From: Octopus vulgaris
Lineage: Eukaryota
Reading direction: 5' to 3'
DNA: 64,000 bases
NCBI GenBank assembly: GCA_951406725.2
Contig: OX597830.1
Coordinates: 27,032,001 to 27,096,000 of the forward strand
Both the position numbers and the translations under genes were made by a program. The notes under the pieces are model-generated. The model had not been told where the DNA came from and ran no database searches. It was given only the letters and a program-made list of their open reading frames with translations. This document shows, piece by piece, positions 1 to 13,041 of the stretch (positions within the stretch are counted from its first letter, which is position 1; each line of letters opens with the position of its first letter).

Positions 1-1076
1 CAGAAGGAAGGAAAACTGATCCAGATAGCAGCAAAACACGAGCAAAACAAAAAACTGTTCTCAGTATTTAAGGAAGCTGACAAATACAAACAAGAAATCA
101 TACCATCTAATAAACACAAAGAAGAAGAAGAAGATGATGAAGAAACAACAAAAGCTATAAAACAAATGAAATCCAAACTAAAAATAGAACAGCAACGACC
201 CATGATAAAACGATGGCAAGAAAAGCCCCTTCATGGTAAATACTGCACTAAACTAAACGCAAAAGAAATAGACAAAGAAAAAATCCCAGCAATAGTTGAG
301 AAGCTCAGGACTCAAAGCAGAAACAGAGGGATTTTTAATTGCAGCACAAGACCAAAGCCTCCCCACCAGAAATTACCAAAAACATGTAATGAAAAGAAAT
401 ATTACAAGTAACTGCAGAATATGTGGAGATGGACAAGAAACAATAAATCATATTATCTCTAGCTGCCCAGTCCTGGCTAAGAAGGAATATATTCACAGAC
501 ATGACAGAGTTGGAACCTACATACATTGGAAGCTATGCCAACATTATGGAATAACAACAGAAAAAAGATGGTATAGGCACACACCAGAAAAGGTCACAGA
601 AAACGAGAAAGCAACCATACTCTGGGATATGCCGATACACACAGATAGAGAAATTAAGGCCAACAGACCAGATATAGTTGTCAGAGATCACGAAGGAAAA
701 AAATGCTTTCTAATTGATGTATCAATACCGGCAGATGACAACGTGTCTCTAAAAGAAATGGAGAAACTCTCAAAATACAAAGACCTGGAAATAGAGGTAA
801 CTAGAATGTGGAACCTGAAAACAGAAACAATTCCTATCATAGTAGGTGCATTAGGGATGATAAAAAAATATTCAGACAAATACATAACAAAAACACCAGG
901 ACTTACAAACACATATAACATACAGAAAATTGCACTACTAGGCACTGCACACATCCTACGCAGAACACTTTCCATACAATAACCATCAGAGCATCACAAC
1001 AAATCACAGCACATCCCCAAGGCACACAGAGCTGCGCTCGGTAGTGAAGTGAAAGCACGCTATAAAAATAAAACTA

Positions 1077-1080
<4 letters not shown>
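1..1080 (+). mobile_element. R4/Dong-clade non-LTR retrotransposon, 3' part (CCHC knuckle + restriction-like endonuclease + 3' UTR), family 1
   Basis: ORF 296-982 has CRICGDGQETINHIISSC, RHD, RPDIVVRD..FLIDVSIP..EKLSKY (PD-(D/E)xK) and QKIALLGTAHILRRTL. There is a frameshift near 280-296. A ~100 bp 3' UTR runs straight into (TAA)n. Confidence 0.9.
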
Positions 1081-1373
<293 letters not shown>

Positions 1374-1478
1374 CCTTTCTACTAAAGGCACAAAGCCTGA
1401 AATTTTGGATGAGGAGTTTAGCCGATTACATCTTCCTCGTGCTCAAGCGATACTTATATCATCGACCCCGGAAAGGGC

Positions 1479-1973
1479 AACTGATTGGAAGTGTTAACAT
1501 GCACATGTTTTGTCTTGGTATAAAAGATGGGCTGCAACAAATATTCTACTCAATACCACATATTTGCTTGTAGGTTGCTTAACTTAAACCAGTTGAGTAT
1601 GTCCCTTAGTGGCTGACGATACGTGCATCTCTTATCACGAGCAGAAGTAGTGGGGGCGTATCATGTCCACATATTGAGAGGAATTATTTGGGATTTGAAT
1701 AATTCATCCCTGGAAACATGAGTGTTTCGTTCATCATTATTGAACAACCCTTATTTAGAATCTTTTCAGTAGGATGGGGAATTCGACTTGAAGAAATTCT
1801 AGCTGGGCCCCACCTGCAAGTTAATGCATTGTTTTGTCTTGGTATGAGGTCACCACGTCGCGCAAATATGGTTGCGATGCATGTGCTTGGTGTAGCTCTG
1901 AAGGGTGCATTAGACATTGTATATTTGTATCCCAGCGTCAATTTCATGGTGTGCGTTGCATTCTCACGCATTC
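1479..1973 (+). mobile_element. Non-coding (TAA)n-associated interspersed repeat, 5'-truncated copy
   Basis: Homologous to 32384-32938; ends ...ttctcacgcattc followed by (AAT)n. Confidence 0.8.
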
Positions 1974-2026
<53 letters not shown>

Positions 2027-2254
2027 CAACATCGGTTTCAAATTTTGGTACAAGGCCAGTAATTTCGGGGAATCGGGTAAGTCGATTACACTGACGCCAG
2101 TGATCAACTGATACTTATTTTAGCAAATTGAAAGTGCTAACCATTCTGCCAGCTTGCTACCAGTAATAATAATCTTTTCTTTATTTGCAACAAGGTCTGA
2201 ACATAAAAACACAAAGAGAACAATATAAAACAAGGGACAAGTGCAGGTGCAGCT

Positions 2255-3372
2255 GGGGAAGGACCCGAACAACGGGGACAAAATTGATAATTTTAGGCCT
2301 ATAACTCTGCAGGATGCAGATTACAAGATTTTGGCCAAGGTGCTAGCCAAGAGGTTGGTGCTTGTCATTGATAAACTGGTCGGTGACGCGCAGACTTGAT
2401 CACTGCAGTGTTCAGCTACACATGCCCAGTGGTTAAAGTAAATGCCCACATATCAGAATCGTTTAGCATCGCACGTTTGGTCTGCAAAGATGACCACTCT
2501 CGTCCCTTCTGTACATACTGGCTCTTGAGCTATTGCTGTGGGAGCTGGATGCTTCGAGCAGCGTCCTGTGTGAACTAGGATGTGAAAAGTACGTGTCGGC
2601 TTGTGCGGACGACGTCATTGTAATAGTAACGGACATCTCGGAAATGGAGGTGATTGGCACATACGTTAAAGGAGTATAAAGTGGTGATAGGAGCAAAGAT
2701 TAGCCACAAGAGGCCAGTGGGTTTGCAGCTTGGCACCTGGATAGACAGGTCCATACCAACCGACAGTGTCGTATGGCGCTAAACGGAAGGATTGGTTAAG
2801 TTGCTTGGAGTTTGGTTTAGTCCGGAAATCTAGGTGAACAAGAACTTGGATGGGACGAGTGGGGTATCCAATCTCAGCCAGCAATGGGCTGAGAGGAAAC
2901 TGCAAGAGAAGGGTCGGCCGGAGGTGGCAAATACATCGCTTCTGTCGTCTACCGTTTGAGCGTTGTTCCTTGCCCCGCTTTCTGTAGAATGGACGTGTTT
3001 CTTAGATCAGACAGTTCATCTGCTATTTGCAGCCGCTGAGTGGAGGATTGGGCATGTTGCAGCTCCTGATGTGCAGGGCTTTCTTGACAGTGAGCAGGTG
3101 TGTGGTCGCCGTATGTGAGACGCAATTGTCCTCAGCTCGTCTCATGGACGAAACTACATTTGTAGATCAAGCGTAGACCGAGAAAGAACAATGGGTATCT
3201 ATCTGGTGTCTCGGAAAGCGTTCAAAGCCATCTGTCAGTGGAAGTTCCACATTGGAGTCCTATAGAGGATTAGTGGCAGGAAAGAGCAACGATATCCTGA
3301 AGGAAACTCGGGGCGTTTTCCGGAGGACTTTCGGGTTGGGGTCTTAGAGACAATTTCCAGAAATCATTGGCT
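2255..3372 (+). mobile_element. Degraded Tx1/L1-type LINE fragment (RT and downstream region)
   Basis: Translates DNFRPITLQDADYKILAKVLAKRLVLVIDKLVGDAQT and a YADD-like SACADDVIVIV; many stops and deletions. Confidence 0.8.
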
Positions 3373-3398
3373 CGACATATATGTCGAGCCAATGATTT
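3361..3398. repeat. Perfect 38 bp palindrome
   Basis: aaatcattggctcgacata|tatgtcgagccaatgattt. Confidence 0.95.
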
Positions 3399-3419
3399 AT
3401 ATATTCATATATATATATG

Positions 3420-3767
3420 TTACGGAGATGTACTCGCATAGCAAGTAATTTGATCTGAGATCGTGTGCTGAAACGAAAACAATTGCAGCGTGGAAGGTGT
3501 TTGTAAGCCATTTAAGAAACACACAAAAGCCGTTCGATTCACTTCAACATTTAAGTTTAATTTGTCAAAATATTTTCGTCGCTATAAGACCGCAACCTGT
3601 TCACTGACAAAAATCCGTGCTGCATCACGGATTTTTGTCAGTGAACAGGTTGCGGTCTTATAGCGACGAAAATATTTTGACAAATTAAACTTAAATGTTG
3701 AAGTGAATCGAACGGCTTTTGTGTGTTTCTTAAATGGCTTACAAACACCTTCCACGCTGCAATTGTT
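3420..3767. mobile_element. (TA)n-embedded fold-back element, probably Penelope-like pseudo-LTR derived; 142 bp arms 3478-3619 / 3626-3767
   Basis: Arms read as identical by eye, 6 bp spacer ctgcat, flanked by (TA)n, contains a hammerhead-shaped motif. Confidence 0.75.
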
Positions 3768-3795
3768 ATATATATATGTATGTATGTATAATTAC

Positions 3796-3846
<51 letters not shown>

Positions 3847-4223
3847 GGATGTATGATTAAAGTGTAAGCAGAAGCATGAAGAATCCATAAATGGCAAATA
3901 TATAGTTATACAAATGAATGATTTCGTGATATATTAATAAAATATTTATATTTTAATTTTCAATGTTAGATTTTTTGTTTAAAAACAATATATATATACA
4001 TACATACATACATACTTACACACACACACACACATATATACATACATACATACAAACATACATACACATACATGCATATATATACATACATACATACATA
4101 CATACACACACATACACATATACATACATACATACACATACATGCATATATATACATACATACATACATACATACTTACACACACACATACACACATATA
4201 CATACATACATACATACATACTT

Positions 4224-4258
<35 letters not shown>

Positions 4259-4873
4259 CATACATACATACATACATACTTACATATACATACATGCATA
4301 TGTATGTGTGTGCGTACAGATATACATATATATGTACATATACACAATTCTATATGCATAGAAACACATACGCACACTCATACACACACGTACACAGGTA
4401 TAGACACGTTATGAATGTGAAGTCTTTCAGCACTTAAAGATAATGCGAAGTTTTTCAGTATTTAAAGAAAAAGATACAAAAACATATATCCTGATATTTG
4501 GCTCGCAACATGCCTTTAGTCTAACACGCTGATCCGTTGTCACCTTCATAAATTTTCTCCCTCCTACCAGCCGCAGGTATTGAATCATGGTTGTAATCCG
4601 CTTTGATAGAATGCTGCCGCCTGCTCTAGTTGTCTCCCTTTGTCAGTTAACGCCAATATTTTTCTTGACATATTTTTGAATACAAACTTACATATATAGA
4701 TAATGCCTACTCTTCTACAGGCCATTAACCTGTTGTTTTCAACACAATTCCTCGTAAGTGGGCAACCATGCAACAAATGACATCTGATAACTCAGGCGTA
4801 TCAACTATTAATCCGGCATTGAATTCACAAATCAAAAGTGTCATATGTGAAGTTGGAATGTCTTCATGTTGGA

Positions 4874-4941
<68 letters not shown>

Positions 4942-5058
4942 TTCATACAATTAAACAGAGAGATAAAAATATTTAGACTGTGTATTAATCAGAACTATCT
5001 CTCCCTCTTCTTCTACCCCTATCTCTCTCTCTCTCTGTATATATACATACATATGTAA

Positions 5059-5102
<44 letters not shown>

Positions 5103-5228
5103 CTACATAAATATATGCGAATACATAAATACATATGAATACATACATAGCTACCTATCTATCTCACGCTTTATCTCTCTCCCTCCCTCTCTCTCTCTAT
5201 ATATATATGTGTGTGTGTATGTGTTTAC

Positions 5229-5299
<71 letters not shown>

Positions 5300-5467
5300 T
5301 AGATAGATAGATAGATATATAGATATAGATATAGATATATATGATATGTATACGTAAAATATAGGGTAGCGAGTTTTTTTAGAAATTTCACTACCAGCGG
5401 CCTAGCATGTATAAAAAGTCAATAGACAACATATTCTCAATATAAAATAGTGTACATTTGTTTCATT

Positions 5468-5584
<117 letters not shown>

Positions 5585-5888
5585 AGAAAAAAACCGAGTT
5601 ACAAACATACTTTCCCAATGAAACTCGGTTTTTTCTCAAACCTGTTATAATGTGATACAAGTCTTTGGTGTAGCAATTGTACGCGGGTGAAGAAGGTTTT
5701 TGATTTGGCTATTATATCAATTATGCATTGATGTAAGAATAAGTTGTTCTATAAACCCAAAACATATGTACCACAAAATCCTTTGCGTCCTGTTTTTCAT
5801 TTATTTAAATTGATACATATATCCTATCACCTATACCACTAACTGGCCTATACAGGTGCTTACATTTATCAAGTATTCACCCTGAATT

Positions 5889-5945
<57 letters not shown>

Positions 5946-7341
5946 TATATATATATATATACATACATATATATGCACCTGCATATATTTATATGTATAC
6001 ATATTTGTGCCTCTATAGATGTGTATACTAGATATAAAATATCTATAATATACATATATACATGATATAGATACCGATATATTAAAAGAGTATTATATAC
6101 AATGATACATACATACATACATACATACGTACATACATACATACATGCATACATACATACATACATACTTACATACATACATACATACTTACATACATAC
6201 ATACATACAAATATGTGAAATCGTGTGTTTAAACAGACATTTTTATTTTGCGAGATTGTCATTTTTCTTTTTTGCCAAATAAACGCGCTATATATTCATC
6301 CTGCGCTTCAGATTTCTTGTTGTTTTTATTTTATGTTCTTTGTCCGAAAATCTTTATCACATCTCCTGTGACCTCTTCAGAACTCTCCATCCCATGTATC
6401 TCTTGTTCTGTTTAGTCCATTCTGCCTTTCTATCAAAAGACAGAATCGAATAAACAGGATAGGAGCAGATACTTGCCCTAGAGGTCTTCAGGCCTTTCAA
6501 CCTGTCCCACCATACAACCCCTTTTAACTAAGGCTACCAGACAAAGAAACATTACCTGTCCTTAGCGGGCAAAGGAAAACGGTGGGAAAATCTTCACGGT
6601 GGACTCAGCCGATAGCTGGATCCGTCCTATACACAACAGCAAATGTTCAACATAAACTCACAATTCAGCAATCCTCGGGCACAATAGTTTCATCACTCTG
6701 TGCTCGTCCGGTAAGTCCTGCTGACGTCACTACCACGACTGTAGAGTTTATCCCGAACTGGAAATACCCACCGGCAGCACTTCCAAGCCAGAGGTTTCTG
6801 GAAATTATCCATAGACGCTGGACCCCAAATCCTCCGAAACAGACCGTCGACGCCCCGCGTTTCCCCGAGAACGGCGTCGCACTTCCCCAACCATAACTCT
6901 CTATAGAATACCTGAAAGGAACTTCCACCGTAAGCATTACCAGACTGACAAAGGGACCGAAACCATGATAACGACCGCCAATTATTGGTGGTCGACCCTA
7001 TCTAAAGATTTAGATTTATCCAAATTGATCAGAGCTCCACCCATGCCAGGTTCCTTACCCACCCTGCTATGATGCATTACATGAAGTGGCGGTTGTCATG
7101 GATGGATCTGCTTGGGAATGCGCATGTTTGCACATCAATCAGTTTCTCGACAAGCACCAAACTCTTTGCTAGCACTTTGGCCAAAATTTTGAAATCCGCA
7201 TTCAGCTAAATGAGGCTAAAACTTTCTATTGGATTCCCCTTGAGTGGGTCCTTTCTCAGTAATGCTATCGCTCATCGACTCACAGAATAAGGAATGCTCT
7301 AATTCTGTTGCCAGTTGCTTTAGATATCTGCAAAAGGTCGC

Positions 7342-7712
7342 CTTGCTTACGAACCACATGATTTCGTGTTCAGTCCCACTGCGTGGCATCTTGGGCAAGT
7401 CTCTTCTGCTATAGTCTCGGACCGACCAATGCCTTGTGAGTGGATTTGGTAGACGGAAACTGAAAGAAGCCTGTCGTATATATGTATATATATATGTATG
7501 TGTGTGTATATATTTGTGTGTCTGTGTTTGTCCCCCCACCATCGCTTGACAACCGATGCTTGACAACCGATGCAGTTCGGCAAAAAGAGACCGATAGAAT
7601 AAGTACTGGGCTTACAAAGAATAAGTCCCGGGGTCGATTTGCTCGATTAAAGGTGGTGCTCCAGCATGGCCGCAGTCAAATGACTGAAACAAGTAAAAGA
7701 GTAAAAGAGTAA
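7342..7712 (+). mobile_element. tRNA-derived SINE family A (internal TA/TG microsatellite, (aaagagt)n tail)
   Basis: Matches 56421-56884: gttcagtcccactgcgtggc..gtggatttggtagacggaaactgaaagaagc..ccagcatggccgcagtc. Confidence 0.85.
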
Positions 7713-9760
7713 ACAAGTCATATAAAAATAAAGCTCGTAAGGCAGACCATCTAAACTAGGCGATTTGCGACTCCGTGCAACTATTCATCACATCACGTAT
7801 TTCTGTATCTGTTATTTGCATTTCGCATCACTCCGCTCGCCCTTGCCGAGATAGGAACTGAAGTCTAGCCAGCGTTCCGGTCTGCCATTCGTTCCAAACA
7901 GTTGGGCGGAGTGCTATTGAAATGGCGCACACATCTGCTTGGGATCGCGTACAGTGCAACCATTTTGGTCCACCAAAGACCGAATTGTGGTTTTGTTCCC
8001 ATGTTGCACCTCTGTCACTCGGGCGCATCTAGCGGTTTTTGCTCCTTCTTGTCTCAGGGCATGCACCTTAGCTCTGGCAATGCAACCATCGTGCTTAACG
8101 TTGAAGAATTGCTCCAGGACCAATCTTGCGGCCAACATGTCGGTTGCAATGCACTTTTAAAGCGCTGTGACAAACATTCTAAGTTCCTCTCGATTCCATT
8201 TCTTTCTGTCATTAATGCCTTACTAAATCTAACTGATTCTACTCTAATTGTCCTTTTCAAGGCAAGCCACCATTTGTTGTTGACGATTGCCATCTCCCCT
8301 CAACTCTTGCTTAATTTTCTAGTCCGGTCGTTGGAAGCTTGGTATGTTTCTAGTAACCAGGCCTCTGCTTCGAAGCATATCTAGGTCGACCGTACAGATT
8401 AAAAATTTGTGGTCTGTGCAACAGACGATTGTGGAAAGTGGACAGCTTATACATTTCTTATCTACTGGCAAACACAATATTCTGTCTAGGCACGATTTAG
8501 ACGACCCGATGTGACTCGTCCTTGTTCACATTGGCACATTCGGGAAATTCTGTCGATACCTGTAACACAGTTGGAAATGTTTGAGCAGGCTTGCGAGGTT
8601 TTTACCATCCCTTCTTCTGTCCGCTAGGGCATACAATTCAAACGTGGCTCTAAAATGGCGTTCCAATTTCCCACTAACATTAACGGTCGAGACATTCGTA
8701 GGAAAACCTCAAGAAGTCTGAAGAAATCCGGTTATCCTGCTCCTGTCGTAGCATAAACAGCCACCTGTCTGAATCCCGTCACTACTTTTCTCATCCAAGA
8801 CCACCAACTTACCTTCTGGTTGCAGGAAAATAGTCCTTATCTTAAGATCCAGACCTCTCCAGAACAACACTGCAGTTCCACCTCTCAGCCACAAGTTGAC
8901 ATAGAGATAAATATATTTAGCAGCCTCCAAAAATGGCCAATGAACACTTGTCGGTTGGAGATTCTGTTTTCACTGACAACCATTGCATCTACACTTAGTT
9001 ATTTGAGGTCGTTTAGCTTCCAAAGTGACCCCCAATAGGCCACGTGCATTTATAACGCCCGTCCTAAGCAAAGACACGTCAGATTAAGGAGTAGATGCTG
9101 AAAAGGTTAGAGTGATTTTGTTGGCGAGGGGGGAATAGATGTTCCGTTCTCATGACTTATATGTGGATGTTTCCACGAGCCGTTCTTTATACAGTATTTT
9201 CTTGATGTTTGTCCTGAAAGCCCCTATTCCTTCGGGATTTTTAGCCTTTATGGTGTTTTGTGGTGTTAGGATCACTTTTATGTGTATCGATGTGTTATTT
9301 GCTGGTTTGATAAAATCGGTGTGTGTGTAAAGTCTGTATGGTTATATATGTTTTCAACCAGTTCTTTATTGTTAGTGTTTATTGCTGCGTAATGTTTCAA
9401 TTTTGCTGTTATTGAAATGTGCGATCTGAGAGTTTTCTGCTTGTGATGGTGATGTCTGTGATAGTGGTAGTAGTGACGGCACTGATGGTGATGATATTGT
9501 TGCTGATGGTATTGGTGTAGCTGCTATTGGGGCTGGTATTTGTGTACTTGTTCTCAAAGGCCTCTTTCCCCTCTGGTCAAACCAACCAGATTTTTGTGTT
9601 GAGGTCGTTGAGTTTTTGTTTCTTTCCTTTTTGTTACACCGGCCGACTTTTTACCATTTAGAATTTTTGTTGTTCCCGTTTACCACGGGACATATCTGAC
9701 TGATCCGAACACGGAAGAGATATGCCTAGCTAATATTTTTGTAGTTGTTCTGTTGATAAT

Positions 9761-10080
9761 GGAGGCGCAATGGCCCAGTGGTTAGGGCAGCGAACTCGGG
9801 GTCGAAGGATCGCGGTTTCGATTCCCAGACCAGGCGTTGTGTGTGTTTATTGAGCGAAAACACCTAAAAGTTCCACAAAGCTCCGGCAGGGGTGGTGGCG
9901 ACCCCTGTTGTACTCTTTCGCCACAACTTTCTCTCACTCTATCTTCCTGTTTATTGAGTAACGCTGCAATGGACTGGCGTCCCGTCCAGCTGGGGGGGGG
10001 GGGGAACACATACGCCACAGAAACCGGGAAACCGGGCTCATGAGCCTGGCTAGGCTTGAAAAGGGCGACGTTTATCGTTA
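9761..10080 (+). mobile_element. tRNA-derived SINE family B with 12 bp target-site duplication
   Basis: A box tggcccagtggttag, B box gtttcgattcc. TSD tctgttgataat at 9749-9760 and 10081-10092. Confidence 0.9.
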
Positions 10081-10385
10081 TCTGTTGATAATAAATTTCT
10101 TGTCTTTTCTTTGGGGGGGGGCGGTGTTCAGATGCTGTTGTTCTAACTGCTGTCTGGAATGTTGAAGCCATAGATTTTGGTAAGTTTTCGGTTGTCCTTG
10201 TTGCTGTTACATCCACTATTGTTGTTCTTTCAACTGCTGTCGGTGCTGCTGTGATTGCTGTTGCTACTACTGTTACTGTTGTTTTTGCAGCTGTAGTGGT
10301 CATCTGTCTCTGCTGGTGTTGGTGCTGTTGTTGTTGATGTGGTGGTGGTGTCGGCAAAAGTATGTGGGGTTTCCATTCTCTCCTC

Positions 10386-10515
10386 ATTTTATCGAACCCG
10401 AAAGGATGAAAAGCAAAGTCGACCTCGGCGGTATTCGAACCCAGAATATAAAGATGGACGAAATGCCGCTATGCATTTTGCCCGGCGTGCTAACGATTCT
10501 GCCAGCCCACCACCC
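10386..10515 (-). mobile_element. Nin/Deu-domain SINE family C fragment
   Basis: Matches 28149-28380 (cccgaaaggatgaaa..aaagtcgacctcggcgg). Confidence 0.8.
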
Positions 10516-10713
10516 TTCTGGGGACGAATACTGAATAGTTGTAACCCCTCCCCGCCAAAAGAAATTCAGATGTAATAATGTATTATTTCCTTCGCTGCTC
10601 GTTAAGTATGCAATACACGCATTCCTGCCTTTTCTGATAAATAGGCTTTTGCCTGACACAGAACGCAAAGCTGATTCTGCCTCAAACTATATATACATAC
10701 ATACATACATACA

Positions 10714-10744
<31 letters not shown>

Positions 10745-10747
10745 GCT

Positions 10748-10895
10748 AGCAAAAACTGTCCGATGAACGGCAACGGGAAACTCAGAGTAACAGGTTTTGT
10801 TGAATTTTCTGCTGCTTTAAATAAAGCGTATTACTCTACCGCTGGTATTTGAGTACTATTTTTTCCACCTTGTTTCACATTTATGTGTTTACTCC

Positions 10896-10897
<2 letters not shown>
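10748..10897 (+). mobile_element. Penelope-like mini-element (pseudo-LTR) ending in (TA)n
   Basis: Close match to 55131-55266; hammerhead-like ctgt-ccgatga-acggcaacgg-gaaac-tcagagta-acag. Confidence 0.65.
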
Positions 10898-10980
<83 letters not shown>

Positions 10981-11025
10981 ATATACATATATATATATAC
11001 AATAAATATATATATACATATATAC

Positions 11026-11115
<90 letters not shown>

Positions 11116-11119
11116 TTAT

Positions 11120-11150
<31 letters not shown>

Positions 11151-11152
11151 TA

Positions 11153-11194
<42 letters not shown>

Positions 11195-11223
11195 TATGCA
11201 TATATATACATATATATACACAC

Positions 11224-11296
<73 letters not shown>

Positions 11297-11443
11297 AAAA
11301 GCAATAAAGATTCAAGTTAATTTAAATGAATTTACTTGAATATGGTACCTAACTTAGATGCACCAAAAAAAACTATACTGATTTAACAATACAGTAATGT
11401 GGGGTGATTATAAGCGAGAATGAAGCAACAAGAATGGATAGGT

Positions 11444-11534
11444 TTTTAGTACAATCGTTTCATACAAGGACAGGTTTTATTAAAAGTTGCAAAAATTACA
11501 GCATATAAACGTGTCCCGTACTCATCAGCTAAAA
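11444..11534 (-). ncRNA. Type I hammerhead ribozyme (pseudo-LTR copy 1)
   Basis: uuuuag-CUGAUGA-guacgggaca...uguccuuguau-GAAAC-gauu-GUA-cuaaaa; stems I and II pair and stem III is quasi-palindromic. Confidence 0.8.
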
Positions 11535-13041
11535 TACATGTGAGTTCTCTAGACATCCTAGTGGTTGAGGCTATACTCATGAAGTAATGTAGATAATTAA
11601 GTAACATAAACATAAACAGATTTCAAAAGTTCATTAAAGTTCTTTAAAGATGATGTACAGTCTTATCACAGAATTTTAAAAAAGTCTTAATAGCATCACA
11701 GAGAAGGTGACCTAATCCATAGTGCACATATGAATTTCCAGAGATATGATGAGGGATTACATACTCACAGAAGACAAATTTATCCATTGTTAATTACAAC
11801 GAGGTGGGTTTCAATTCCTGCTTATTAGCATTACAGAGAGGGTGAATTAATCCTTTGTATAGATGCACAATTTCCAATGGTGTAGGTGTAAATTTCCAAG
11901 GAATTTCATATTCACAGGCGATAAATTTATCAATGGTTGAACACAATGAGGTAGGTATCAATTCTTGCTATATGATTAGGTATTTGCCACATTAATCACA
12001 TTACTGCTATTTACAAGAGGCTGTAGCTATTTAACTTTTAAAGGCTGAAGGGCTTACTAGAGCTGTATAGAATAGAAAAGGGAAGGGCATAGAAGAAAAG
12101 AGAGAAAATAAAAGAGGAGGGAGCAAAAAGGGGGGGAAGGGGGACTCAAAGAGAAGAGAAAAGGAAAAAGAGAATAAGAAGAAGAAAAAGAAAAAAGAGA
12201 AAAGAGAAAGAAATAGGGAAGGAAGGGAAAAAAGAAAAAGAAGAAAAAAAGAAAATAAGAAAAAAGAAGAAAGAAGAAAGAAAAAGAAAAAAAGAGGGTT
12301 CTAGTTATACAGAAGAATTAGTAGACGACAAGTCTGGTTTTAATTTACAGGCATCTAGGAATTAGAGGAGAATATTATTCTTTGACCAGTTAAAACAGCT
12401 AATTTATTGCTGTTGAAATCAGCTATGAATTTAAAGAGAATCTAAAGAGATAACACAGTTAGGGGTTTCGGGGTCAGATGCTAAAATCACCAGAAAATAC
12501 ATTAGGGAAAACTAGGTATAATCTTATCAAAAAGTCATTAAGATTTACTTATTTAATTTATTCATTTTATTGTCTTAAGGAGTTGCCGTTATTATTCATA
12601 CATTGACGGACTACAGGTCAAATCTTAGAAGATCATTTAAAAGGTGTTAGGGGATTGTCTATCATAATGAAGATAATCATATTATCACCGAGGGAATAGT
12701 CTCATTTATTTAATTTTGAAATAGAATTATGGGTCTATAGTAACTCATTTTAATTAATTAGAGTTATGCTAATTAAATTAGATTAGGTTAGGAACTAAAA
12801 TTAAAAATTACAATTAAGATTTAAAATTAAGAATTTAAAAATTTAAAATTGTGAGTTTGAAATTAAATAAAGCCTCAATTAAGCAGCGAATAAGTGCTAT
12901 TCATTTCCCTGTTCTCAAAAAACTGATGCAGATATAGGAAAAAGATAACTGTAGTGTGAGAACTCTTAGTTATCTACTTAAAGCAGTGCTATACCAGTAG
13001 AAATCAGGTTATATCTAACCATCTAGTTACGAATATTCTAA

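Larger units (their letters stand above)
6470..10350 (-). mobile_element. Degraded Tx1/L1-type LINE (ORF1 C-terminus, APE endonuclease, RT), interrupted by two SINEs
   Basis: Minus strand gives GVINARGL, GGTAVLF..IFLQPEGKLVVLD and LVGNWNAIL (APE motifs), ADFKILAKVLAK and KSLDRVDHQ (RT), and a Q/T-rich ORF1 tail resembling 63940-64000. Confidence 0.8.

Noticed and set aside
4500-4870. Possible Tc1/mariner N-terminal remnant on the minus strand
   Set aside because: Resemblance too weak; no TIR pair or DDE motif found.
9761-9835. tRNA genes at SINE heads (also 37685, 56421, 59615)
   Set aside because: A/B boxes continue into shared multi-copy SINE bodies with a TSD or tails; not complete cloverleafs.
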